From the human T2T-CHM13v2.0 reference genome, Homo sapiens: a stretch of DNA of 64,000 bases. The stretch lies in assembly GCF_009914755.1 (NCBI RefSeq), contig NC_060942.1; one strand, 5' to 3'. The notes below the pieces were generated by a model, which had not been told where the DNA came from, did not search any database, and saw nothing but the letters and a program-made list of their open reading frames with translations. The position numbers and the translations under genes are program-made. Each line of letters begins with the position of its first letter. Within the stretch, counting starts at the first letter, position 1. Positions 51,091 to 64,000 of the stretch are shown in pieces.

Positions 51091-52272
51091 CCAGCCATTT
51101 GAGTAGTAGGGATAGAGTTCAGGGATATAGATTCCTGAACAGCTAGACCTGATATACACCTTATAGCCTCCAACTGATTTCACAAAATAGAAAGCAGCTT
51201 ATTTATACCAACTAGTCAAATGAATTCATATTACTTGCTGTAACAGATTGTGTGATAGCAAAGAAACAAACAATCACTGAAGAGATTTGTTTCTCTTTTA
51301 ATCAACAAAGATGGATAATCTAGTTATGCTGCTGTACAAAGCAGGAATAACACTTATGGCCCTGGAAAATTTCTCCCTGGCTCATTTTCTTTCATCGCCA
51401 TGTTTTACTCATCGTAAAGATAGAATACGAACCACAAATCTGCGAGTCTTATATCTGTTAATTATTGACTAAGAGAAAGCTTTATGGCAAATGGTGGGTT
51501 TCAGCTTTAATAAATAATGGGGTTGATTCTGCCCAATGACAGATGTGTGTAATTCTCATTAAAATCAGTGGCAGCTACACAAGTGAATCAAAGCAAAATG
51601 GTGTCTTTTACAGAACGTTCTGATTTTGTAAATTATTCACTATCTCTCAAACATATGAGACATATGCTATTGTTCTCTGTAGGGAACAAGAAAAACTCTT
51701 TTAGGCAGAATGTAGTTTCAAATTTTAGACTTAGAATGTGCAACTAAGAAAAGATATAAAATGTTTTTACCCACAGCCTTTAAATAAAACTGAGTTAATA
51801 ATCGTTTTTGAAGATGCTTCCAGATACGGTGGAATGGGAAGTGTTGAAAATGCTTCCAATGCTGTGGACTGGGAGGGTTGGTGGATGAAGATACCTGCTT
51901 ATCTCTGGATTTTGCAAATATAAGGTTAGTCTAGCAGTCTTTGCCAAACTGTGGCAACAATCAATAGTATCACAACCAGTGACTAAGAAATATAAAGGGC
52001 ACCTCATTATCGTAAAACACAGATGCAACTAGAAGGGCTCAAAGTGTTGAAAATTAAGCAATGAGTTAGGAGGCTGTTAAACTGAACTCTGGTCTTTGTT
52101 CTATCATTGAGATACTCAGTACCTAGAAGTGCTTCAGTTAACACATCTATAAAATCGAGAAAATACTATCTGCTCATTTTGCCTCCCTGGGATGCTGTGA
52201 TTAACAATAATGAAAAACTTGAAATAACGAAAAGCACTAAATTAATTAGAAGAATAAACGTTAGAGGAAGTA

Positions 52273-52641
<369 letters not shown>

Positions 52642-53813
52642 TTAACAGGATAATCGGGATGAGTCTCCTTCAAGATGTTCAATCTAATGCCTGAGATCTT
52701 TCCTAAGCCACAGATTTATGCACTAAGAAAGATGATGGCAAAGCATGTCATATGATCAATTGTTCCCATCCCAATCAAATGTTCCCTTAATTCTTGGTCA
52801 GCAATACATCTGCATAGGTTTGGGAAGAAAAAGAAAGAAGCACTTTAAAAGGAAAGAAACAAAATGATGTTTTGTGTTTATTCTTGGTTGGTTCGTTCCA
52901 CCACTGTTTTGTTTTCCCAGAATTATTCCTCATTTTTTGCAGACTCTTCTTTGATTAGCTATGTTTCTTAAAATGCTCCAATAGTCTTTAATTGTCTGTA
53001 GTTCCAAATATAAATTTTAACTGGAAATTGTTGATTAAATACAATTTAATTGAAAAACCTTCCTACTTTAATGAACTTATAGCACTTGAGAAGAATGTGG
53101 AAACAACGTAACTGGGTTTTTTCCTCCAATATTAATGTGCTTGTGTATACCATTAGGATAGGATAGGATAGATCTGAGGTAGGACTGTATGATGAGGAAA
53201 TAGAATATTCAGTGGATTGAGCACTTGCATTAGTGTAGGAAAATCTGCAGGTAGAAAGGAGAGAGAAAATGCATAAATGAAACTAGATCTGACCGCTGCT
53301 TTGTCATTTCTCTAGAGATCTTCTTGTGAACTGGCATTGAATTGACATTGACTGCTCTCTAATTTGTGGTACCTTCCAAGCTTATTCTAAAATGCTGTAA
53401 AAGTCTCACCCCATAGACACCAAGACTTGATTATTTAAATGCAACGTTTCAAGCTACATTGAAACCACCTGCCACATCTTGCTGTTTCTAGGCGGGAGGC
53501 ATCTATAAGACTGTTTTATTAAAGCAAGATACTAGGGATCAAATAAGTTCATTGTGTTCTCTGCATGCCCTAAATGTGAAAAGAATATCCACCATAAATT
53601 TGATGTCAGAGATTTGGTTCAATATAGAGCAAATTTGGGAAGGAGGAGTTTTGCAACATAACTTCAACAAACCACCTTTCCCCGCCTCTTCCCCCTTCTT
53701 CTCTTCACTCTTTTTCTTCATCATCTTTTTTAGAGTTATGGTCCTTGTGGTATCATGATTAAAGTTTCCTGATACACACATCGATCTCCTACTCTCTGTC
53801 AACCCTTTATTAA

Positions 53814-53980
53814 AATGTTTCTCAAACATTAATGTGAGCACGAATCCTCTATTCAGTGTGTACTGAATCTGAAATTGCAAATTCTGATTCAGTAAGTTTG
53901 AGGTAGGAAGAGAACCTGCATGTAAACTGGCTCCTAGATGATACTGGTGCTGCTGGTCCAGGAAGCTCTCCGTAGTCAAC
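53814..53980. mobile_element. MER5A-like element
   Basis: tttctcaaacattaatgtgagcacgaatc...attctgattcagtaagtttgagg...ctcctagatgatactggtgctgctggtcc. Confidence 0.7.
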
Positions 53981-55159
53981 TTTAGGAAAAGTATAGATTT
54001 AGATTCCTACCAACTTTCTGGCTACATAGTTGTCTCAAAAAGATCTGAAGGCAAAGATTCATATTTTAACCTGACCTCAGTTTTCTACAATTATTATTAC
54101 ACACTACAGAGGTTTTGCTGCATAATGAAGTATGATTTTGATAGTAAACCTAGAGGACTTAGAGATTGCTAAAGGCAAAATAAAACCAAACACACAGAGG
54201 GAGATAGAAATAAATGTTATATGCTGAGATCTCAAAAACGTGAGAGGTAAATCTTTCTGTTGAATTAGAAAGATTGATTCTCAGTAGCCGGTGGCTTGGA
54301 GAGGGGAAGCAATAATTTCTGGCCTTGATTCTACTCACTGCTGCCAGGAGACCTTTGCTTTGTTGCTATTTTATCCACAATGGATAGATATTTGTGTTAA
54401 GTCCCCACATTGTTTAAAATGCAAAAGATGGTGCTTCCCTCACTCTCCCCCAGGTGAAGATCAGATTTGCCTATCACTGTCCTAGACAGGACTCACAGAA
54501 CATAGAAGCTTCACCTGGGAATGAAATCTCTTTCATCTGAATTTGCTGGGTTGACAAGTCTAAGACCCGACACCACTCATCACCCTGATCTGACCTCATC
54601 TGAGCCCATTATCTTTAATTTTATATGCAGCTTCTACAGTAAATATGAAGTGGAATGTTCCTCTTTTTACAAACATTTATTGTGAGTAGCATAAACATTT
54701 TGACACTGTATTATTTTATAAGTTTTCTGATGCATACAATTAGTGTAGATATAAATCAAAATGATGGCAGTCCTTCTACGGTTTTTTGAAGTTCCCAGGA
54801 GAGCTGTTGGGCTCTTTAATTGCTTACTAATGTAAAAATATCATTGTTAGTAAAGCATAAATCATGGCAATTTTGCCCCACTAGAGGCTAAAAGCAGCAC
54901 AAGATGTGGTAATTAAGATATACTAATAGAACTGGCAATTTCTATAATAGGAGCTTTTAACAAGGTAGGAAAAGAATGTCATCTCTTATGCTGCAGTGAG
55001 GCAACAAATAAAATAGGAAGTTTTCCTCTTGCAAAAGAGATGACCCTGCTTAAGAAACAATAGCCAGAAAGCAGGTAAGAAAGTGTTTTTTTCTTTCTTA
55101 TTCACTTGTTTTCCTAGTCACATGGCAGCTTATGAATATAACCTTAGGGTGAGAATTAG

Positions 55160-55325
55160 CTTTGTAAATTTTAAAGATGAGAAGGATCTTTGGAACCTAC
55201 TTTCTTTGTTTTCATGACGGGGAAACTGAGACTAAGACAAATAAAATAGCTGGTTTTAACTAATTGGGAGCAGAGCTGGGACTAGAAACCAGGCACTTGC
55301 TTCCCCGTGAAGGGCGCTTTCTGTT
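55160..55325 (-). mobile_element. MIR3-like fragment
   Basis: gacggggaaactgagactaaga...gcagagctgggactagaaaccagg. Confidence 0.6.
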
Positions 55326-55904
55326 TTGTTAGCTTTGTATGTCACCAAAGACCTTCAAACGTTTTCAAATCTTGAATATTCTTTTTCCTATTTTGTAGTC
55401 CCCCTCCTTTTTCTGTGATGTTTGGTGTATCTCCTTTGAAGAATCCTTGAAGTTGGGCATCATTGGTAACATTTGGATGGCATAGTAGGAAATTATTTGT
55501 TTTGGGGTATTAGGGACAGCAAAGACCCCACCTCTTGTGAGGGATAAGAAAAAGAATATGTCTCCAGACCAATGCTAAAGCTTACCTATGGCTTCTAAAG
55601 TGAAACAAGAGTCTGTGTTAAAATAAGGAGTTGTGCTTTTCAGACACGATGTTCAGGAGCTGTATGCAACAACAAAAACAATCAATTTCTTCTTTGACAC
55701 AGGTTTAAACCCAATTAGCATTAATTAGAAGTAAATACACACAGAAGGGGGGCCCACATTGCAAAGGCAAGCAACTTCAGTTCCATTTAACACCTCTTCA
55801 CTCTTATATGGAGCCTTCCATCAAAGGCTTTCAAGATGTTTTCAGACCTAGAATGTTCTTTTCTTATTTTACTAAGTTTTTTCCTCTTTTCTCTTTATCT
55901 TACC

Positions 55905-57700
55905 CCATTTATTCATTGATCCATTAAGCTAGAACACCTGCAATATGTTGTATGTCATGCTCTCTACTAGGTAATAGGGATAGAAGATGATCAAAACCTC
56001 TATTTTATCCTCCCTGATGGAATTTGCAGTCTAATGGAGGAGAAATACAGGAATCAAACATGCAAACAAACACATATATAATTGCAAACTGTGGTATGAT
56101 ACATAAAAGTAAAGTTGGTTGCTTAATTTTTTATGGGGTGACCTGGACATAATATGTGAGCTAGGGAAGAATTATCTTAGGAGATAGGGAGAAGAGCATG
56201 TGAAAAGTGTGAGTGATTGGCAAGGTCAGTATGTTTATTTTATTTTTCAAAATAAAAAGTTTTTAAAAAATAGATTTCTCCAGATACTCCCAGAGAATGC
56301 ATTATCATGGCGTAAGCCCAGAGAGCATTGAAGAAGGCATTTCAATAGTGCTGGTGAAAGAGGGTAGTGGCCAGAATTTTGGTGGTGACAATGAAGACAG
56401 AAAAATGGAGGGAGAGGAGATGTATTTTGTAGATACAATTGATTGGACTTAGCTGAAACATTTGATGTATGCAATATGGGAGAAGGGAAACTCACGAATG
56501 CTTAGGAAGTTTACTTGAGTAGCTGGTTTGTTTACAACGTTGATGTGTATTAATTTAAGGATGGCCAGGGAAGATTGGGTTAGTGGAAACTGGGATGTTT
56601 GGGGTGTATCTGAGGTACATAGGTGATGATTCCTGTCTGGAGCGCAGAGGAGTGGTCTTCTAGGGGTGGTGTGACATAAATTGGATAATAGGATATGATG
56701 AGACAAAAAATATGTGTCCCTAATACCATGTCCTGGGGAAATCAGTGATTAGATGTTAGGGGAAATATCAAGGGCCACGGATATAGCATGAAGACCAGGA
56801 AAGAACCGTTGTTTACTTCAAGGGGGGAAGTAATTTCACAAATGAGAGGGTGGTGAAATATATAAATATTTCTGAGAGTTTGAGTAGGAAATTTGCATTC
56901 ATTAGATTTAGCAACACAACATCTTGATTGCCTTGATAAGAAACTTGGGGGGTAGTGGGACTGGTGAACATTTGAGAGAAGACATTAAGTAGACGATTCT
57001 CGAGAAGGAAACAGGGAAAGATAGTCACAACTGGAGATAGATGTAGAATTAAAATAGTTATTTTAAGAAAACCAGGGTACTCTACAATATTGATAAGAGT
57101 GGTCAACGAAGGTGTGGGAGACATGATGGAGAGATAAGATCACTAAAGGAACAAGGTTCTTGAGAGAAAAAGATGAGATGTGGAGTGAGTGGCCTTAAAT
57201 AGAAGCAGGGGTGGTTTCTTCATTGAGACAGGAGAAAGAAGAAGGATGTTTTTGCAGGTAGGTGTGAGTTTTGTTGGTTGGAAGATGAAATGATTTGAGT
57301 TTCATGATTTCTCCTTGCTGAAGTGTGAAAGGAACTATAAGAAAAATAGGGAAGTGGATATGGGGCAAGTTTAATAGGAAGAAAAAAAAAGACATAATAC
57401 TTTGCCATAAGAACTGAGCAACTGAGACTTCCCCAACACGAAAGCTGTGTTGCCCCGCAGTGTGTGTGATTTTTCTCCAGAAATGTTCAGCTACTCAGGT
57501 GAGACTCATTAACGAAGGTACAAGGTAGAGTATGTACACCCAGGATTTGGCTTTTGCCAGACATGGATTTCTGTAAAAGAAGAGAGGAGCATGACAGTTG
57601 ATGGTATTTGCAAAGTTGTTACTATGATAGCCAATCATATGATAGCGGGCAGTCAGGGTTCACTTAAGACCATAATGTGAAGGGGCATGTTGAGATAAAG
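55905..57700 (-). mobile_element. L2 LINE remnant
   Basis: catttattcattgatccatt...tggaatttgcagtctaatggaggaga...cattagatttagcaacacaacatcttgattgccttgataag. Confidence 0.7.
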
Positions 57701-58329
57701 TTGAAGACATAGGCTCATTTGCTGCCTATCCAGTGGCAATTGCAGAGCATGCAGAAGAGGGTGTGAAAGAGGAAAAGAAAGGATGCAGATATACATAAAT
57801 GTGTCAGATTAGAAGATAAACCAAACCATAGGGAATGGCCAAGGAAAGTATGACTTCCAGCAAATGGCTGAGATACACAAAAATCCTGATGGGTGTTTGG
57901 AGAAAAGGATGTGTACATTTTCCAGGGTGTGATAGAAATTCCAGAATGGCTGCTCCTCCCAGACTTCAGGGCTAGCACCTTACATTTACATGAGCTCACA
58001 GGAAGATTAGAGGATTGACTCTGGCAAGTAACATGACCAGAGTCAAAGAAGTCTGCAGGACGGTTGTTTTGTAAACTCATCTTTTTTTCAATAAAAAGCA
58101 CTAGTCCACAAAATACAAGAAAAATTAAAAAACCCAAAGAAACAATTGAATTCTCTTTTCTAGATTGGCTTATATTCCTGGAAACTCTTCAAACAGAAAA
58201 GTGAAAGTTCTGATATTATTATAATCGTAATAGTTTATGTTGGCAATATTTGCATGGTGAATCATTTTCAATCCTCAAAATGCCCAGGTTTCTGTGTCCT
58301 TAATGTTATATTGGGGTTCATATATATTA

Positions 58330-60365
58330 TTTTATTTGTTTTCTATTTGCCTCAATGATTTCAGTGCTCCCATTTCATTTCATACCTTTTTAAAATTAAT
58401 CATTTTATAACTTCGAGTTTTCTCCCTATTAACTTGTTAGTGACCGATTAATTTATGATTTTTTGTGGATACCTTAGAGATATTAACATGGGACTTTGAT
58501 TTATTACAATCACATTGAAATTATTACTGTCAGTAATGGTAGAATCTGAGAATACTTTACTGCATTTACCCTTTTTTGTCCTCTGATATGTGTTATGTAC
58601 TTTAATTCTAAATATACTTTAAAGGCCATAAAACACTAATTTCCCTTGAAATATAATCACATATTTATTCTTTCTGTTTCTCATCATTCCATCTGGCATT
58701 TTCTTGTTTCCTTCTGCTTAAAGAACTGTTTTTAGAATTTCCTTCAGTGCAGGTTTGTTAATGACAAATTCTCTTGCTTTCTGTTTTTGTTAAAATGGGT
58801 TATTTTGCCTTCACTTTTGATGGCTATTTTTGCTGGGTATAGAATTCTAAGTTGGAATTTATTTTCTTTGATTTTCCTCATTTCTGTTGAGAGGTCAACT
58901 ATTATTTCTCCTTTGAGAAAAATGCCTGTTTTCTCTGTTTTTAATATGGTTTTCTTGGTTTTAGATTTTAGCAGTTTGATTATGATATGGTATGGTTTGT
59001 GATGTGTGTGTGTGTGTGTGTGTGTGTCTGTGCCTGTGTGCATAGGTGTGTGTTGGTGTTTATCTTGCCTGGAGTTCACTTAGATTCTCGGATGTGAGAG
59101 TTGATGTCATTAATCAGTTTGGAAAGTCCTCAGCCATTATGTCTTCAAAGATTGCTTTTGCCTCATTTTCTTTCTCCTAATAGTATTCCAATTACCTGTA
59201 TATTAGATATTTATACTGTATTCCAACATCTTTTATGTACTTTCCGATATTTTTCATTTTCAATTAATGACTGGGCTTTTTTATTGACTTCCTTCATTTT
59301 ACTAATCCTGTTTTATGCAATGTCTAATTGTCTGATAAGCTTATATATTATGTTCTTAATATTAGTTATTATGTTTTAGAGCTTCAGCATTTTCATTGGA
59401 TTCTTTTTATAAATTCCAGTTCTATGATGAAATTATTCATTCTTTGCATCTGTTTGCTCCAGCTTGCTTTTCTTGTATGTATTTGATAAACTCTTCGTCT
59501 TCTAATTAAAATACCTGGCTCACTGTGGATCTATTTGTGTTTGTGTTGTTTTTATTTTAAAAATTGCATGTTAGTAATATTATCCTGTATCTTGTCACAC
59601 CTAGTAATTTTTTTATTGAATTTATTTACTATGTATAAAAATTTAGATTATTGAGCATCCACTGTCTTCCTTCACTCTTTTCTCTACTAGGAAGATAAAG
59701 TGGGAGCTCACTAATTTAACCCAATAAGGGACTGAGCTGAATCAAGGCTGGATTATATTTCTCTCATTCACCTTTGTTTCTAGGATGGAGTCCTCAATGG
59801 CTTTCAACCAAGAGCCTACTAAGATCAACTGGGCCCCTCCCCTGATGGGTCTCACACTTTAATCCTTGTCTCCGTCACCAAAGGACTGTCAGAAAACTCC
59901 ATTCTGCTTCTCAGAGGCTTTGTAATTAGCTTTTTATCCTCTCGTGTAGCTTCAGAATCTGGCATGTGTGTTGAGAAAACTGGCAGTATTTGGTTTTCAT
60001 TTCCCTCTTTTAAGTGGGATCCTGACAGTTCAAGTCTTCGTTTTTGTCTCTGCAGGGCCACAAAAATATTTCTTCTTGTTTCTCTATCCCCACCCATAGT
60101 CTCTGCCCAAGTGAAGGTTGGATTCTTAAGTTCATTTCATGCACCAAGAATTGTCAAATGCCCCAAGAGAGAAGTTTCTTTAGAATATCACCCCAGCTTT
60201 ATGAAGTTCTTCCTTTCTCTGAAATCTTCACCCCTTAGTTCTCACTGCTTCAGCAAAAATCTGATGTCTTTAAGCAAATTTTGGCAAGTACTTCCTACTT
60301 TTCTAGTTCATCTTGGCAGAAACCATGGTTTGCTATATAGGCTACTCCATCTTGCCCGAAACAGC
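58330..60365 (-). mobile_element. Old L1M/HAL1-type element: degraded ORF1 and 5' region
   Basis: Minus-strand ORF 58744-59079 has L1 ORF1p-like motifs HIIIKLLK and RILYPAKIAIKSEGKI. Confidence 0.75.
59004..59027. repeat. (TG)12 microsatellite
   Basis: Uninterrupted TG run. Confidence 0.9.
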
Positions 60366-60554
60366 AGAAATTTCAAACAATGTCATTTTACAAAGTAAAT
60401 CATCTTAAGGGTGTTTGTCTTTCAATTGAGTGAGCTTGAGAAGCTGTAAAGGCTTTGAATTCTGGCTGCATTTTTTATTTATTTTATTTTTTTATTTATG
60501 TATTTTTTTTTTTTAGCAATTTGGAGTGTTGTGATGCATTGTTCTGAGACAATA

Positions 60555-60725
60555 TTATTAGCAGCTAAGAATGGTGGCTTTGACATCAGGGAATTCTAAC
60601 CCTGGCTGTCCGATGCAATCTTGGCCAAAGAATTAGATCTCTGTAGACTTCATTTTTACCATCTATCAAATGGGGAAGAAAACCCTGCTTTCTATGTTTA
60701 TAAGGAGGATTAGATGATCAAATAT
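60555..60725 (+). mobile_element. MIR
   Basis: gctttgacatcagg...cttcatttttaccatctatcaaatgggg...gaggattagatga. Confidence 0.65.
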
Positions 60726-61704
60726 TTATTGATTACTTACTTTAGCTATACTAAATGCCTTACATATATTATCTAATTTTAATATGCTATGTACCATAGT
60801 ACACACTAAGGATTCAGTAAGGGATAGCAGTGTTATTACTTATCCTGATTACAAACCACACCCTATTTTGGCTTCAGGTAAAATCACGAATCCCCCCATG
60901 GTTCATTTCTCATCCCCTGCCCTTTTAACTACAGAATATCGACAAGGTAAATACAGGCCAAAGATAATTTTTTAGCTTATAATATTCATATTCATATTTT
61001 TGTGCTGCAGTTAGCAATCAAGAGTATGTACATCAATAAAAACAACAAAAATAAAGCTTAATTATTAATAACCATGAGCATCGGGACAATGTAGAAATAT
61101 GAAACATGTTTTCCCATGTACTTTTAAAAATAGCATAGCTAGTTTTATATGTGGGTTGAATATAGTCAAAACATCAGAAAAGTTATTCAGGATAAAGCCT
61201 TAAAATGCCAGGTTTTACTTTTTGGTGAAAATGACATGTTGGACTGCTGCCTGATGAATTTAAACCTAGACAGTTGCACATTTGTAGTTCACAAGTTGGG
61301 GAGCCTGTAGCTTTGGGTCTCAGTAGCTCCTGGGGTAGTATTTGCACTTCATTTCTGGCCCTGTATATCTGATTTGATGACATCTGTTAAGGAGACAGTG
61401 GAGGGAAGACATGCATATGAAATTTCAGTGAACACAGCCTGCATTTCAATGATCTGAGGCTGCTGTTACCTTGTCATTTATTTTGTAGCCTTTGGGGCTT
61501 TGACAGGCAATACCCAATCTGTTTCTCATCAGTTTAAATCTCAATATTTACTTTTAGATGTTTTATTTTAAAATCTTTAAAAAATAGAAGATTGTGCTTG
61601 TCCATATCATACAGAATTTGCTTCTTTCACATGAAAAAAAACAGATTTGAATAGAATATAATCAAGGAGAAAAGAGCCACTTTACATATAATGAAAAAAA
61701 TTAT

Positions 61705-62001
61705 GACCAGGCATGGTGGTTCACACCTGTAAATCACAGCACTTTGGGAAGTTAAGGCAGGAGGGTCCCTCAAGCCCAGAAGTTCAAGACCAGCCTGGAC
61801 AACATGACAAGACTTCATCCCTTACAGAAAATTAAAAAAAAATAATTAGCCGGGCCTGGTGGTGCACATCTGTAGTCCCACATATTCAGGAAGCTGAGGC
61901 AGGAGGAGCTCTTGAGCCCAGGAATTTGAGGCTGCAGTTAACTATGATGGCGCCACTGCTCTCCAGCCTGGGTAACAGAGTGAGACCCTGTACCAAAAAA
62001 A

Positions 62002-62019
<18 letters not shown>
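61705..62019 (+). mobile_element. AluJ (Jo-like) with A25 tail
   Basis: Dimer; cttgagcccaggaatttgaggctgcagttaactatgatggcgccactg. Confidence 0.94.
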
Positions 62020-62055
<36 letters not shown>

Positions 62056-62169
62056 TATATATACACACGTATGCATATATATATATACACACATATACAT
62101 ATGTGTATATATGTATACACACATATACATATGTGTATATATGTATACACACATATACACATACATATA
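62020..62169. repeat. (TA)n/(CA)n compound repeat with a 30-bp higher-order unit
   Basis: tatacacacatatacatatgtgtatatatg repeated about 2.5 times from 62084. Confidence 0.92.
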
Positions 62170-62459
62170 AAGAGGAACAACATAAGTTTTTTTAAAAAAG
62201 CAGAACTATTAACAAACTATAAATGCTAGTTTTGCTTGATATAGTTTTCTTTCCACAATGGTTTGCAATTGCCAACACCTAAACTGGAGGATCTTTTTCT
62301 TTTTTATTCTAACCATCCCCTAACAAGTGATTTTTAAATTTTAGGATGAATCCCAAGAGAATTGCTATTAGTAGTAGGTGCTGCTTATGTAATCGACAAG
62401 ATCATTAAGGCAGATATTCTTCTAAATGAAAGTCTAGATCTTATATAACATGGATCTTG

Positions 62460-62630
62460 ATATCTCCCTCATCAAGGGGTGGTCTATACACAGTAGCAGC
62501 AGCATCACCACGGGGAGCTTGATAGAAATGCACAATCAAAAACTCCAACCCAGATATAAGGCAGCAGAATCTGCATTGTAACAAGATCTCCAGGTGATCC
62601 CTATGCACATGAAGTTTTGAGAAGCTTGCC
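62460..62630. mobile_element. MER5A/B hAT-Charlie element
   Basis: gcagcagcatcacc...gagcttgatagaaatgca...cagaatctgcattgtaacaagatctccaggtgatccctatgcacatgaagttttgagaagc. Confidence 0.85.
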
Positions 62631-62639
62631 AGACTAGAA

Positions 62640-62952
62640 CAGGGATTGACATATTTTTGCTACAGAGGGTCAGATAGTAAACATTTTAGGTTTTATAGGC
62701 TATTCAGTCTATCTTGCAATTACTCAGCTTTATTGTGCAAACAGCACCAGAGACAATACAAAAAGGAATAAGTGTGGCTGTGCTATAATAAAACTTCACT
62801 TATGGACATTGACATTTGAATTTTGTATAATTTTTACCTGTCACAAAATGTTCTTCTTTTTTTCCCCAATTATTTAAAAATGTAAAATCCATTCTTAACT
62901 CAAAGGCCACACAAGAACAGGTGGTGGGCCAGACCTAGTTTGCTGACTCCTA
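62640..62952 (+). mobile_element. MER58B hAT-Charlie element
   Basis: cagggattgacatatt...gggtcagatagtaaacattttagg...tggctgtgctataataaaactt...tagtttgctgactcct. Confidence 0.85.
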
Positions 62953-63007
62953 ATCAAGATTCTATCATTTTCTTGACCTTGACCTTTCTTGGGTTGCCCT
63001 TGGTGCT

Positions 63008-63715
<708 letters not shown>

Positions 63716-64000
63716 GTGCCCACATCTTCTCTCTGACATCTTCTCTGACCGTACCACCCGGAATCATTTTCCTGTCCATGATGTCCCATTGTCACTGTTA
63801 ACTGCCTGTCATCTTTGCTGCTTAAATTTGGCCTTATACATTTATGACAGCACATTCTGTTCCTTCAAAGAAACTGCAAGCTCCCTGAATGCAGATGGTG
63901 CTGATCAAGGATCTAGTGACAAGTTCAAATGACTGCGTTGAGCTTAGAAGTTAATGATTGACTGATAGCAATGACGCAGCCTGACTTTTTCTGCTCTTGA

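Noticed and set aside
58744-59079. L1 ORF1p-like ORF as a domesticated gene
   Set aside because: Fragmentary, has internal deletions and is fused to a (CA)n-derived THTHTH stretch; it is a fossil.
61886-62195. Overlapping YIYI/CVYI-rich ORFs
   Set aside because: Artefacts of the stop-free (TA)n/(CA)n repeat.

Overview
Primate, most likely human, AT-rich non-coding genomic DNA. The species call rests on Alu J/S/Y elements together with THE1/MST LTRs and L1PA. I see no credible protein-coding gene, structural RNA gene, CRISPR array or prokaryotic feature. The supplied ORFs are chance ORFs or translations of Alu, L1, LTR and microsatellite sequence. The window is dominated by interspersed repeats: about 11 Alu-family inserts, L1 fragments (L1PA, L1MA, old L1M/HAL1), long L2 remnants, MIRs, 9 recognisable MaLR solo LTRs, a MER34-type LTR and DNA transposons (Tigger3b, MER1B, MER5, MER58B, MER81, MER94). 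LTRs and long L1s are strongly biased to the minus strand, which suggests the window lies in an intron of a plus-strand transcript. The most notable details are a ~100-bp twin-primed L1 with visible priming microhomology, a Yd-lineage young Alu, a head-to-head THE1 pair, a chain of overlapping inverted repeats, a 62-bp mariner-like palindrome, a candidate 70-nt exon and several conserved-looking unique segments. I found no evidence of a new multi-gene system. Subfamily names come from recalled consensus sequences, and boundaries of old repeats are approximate.
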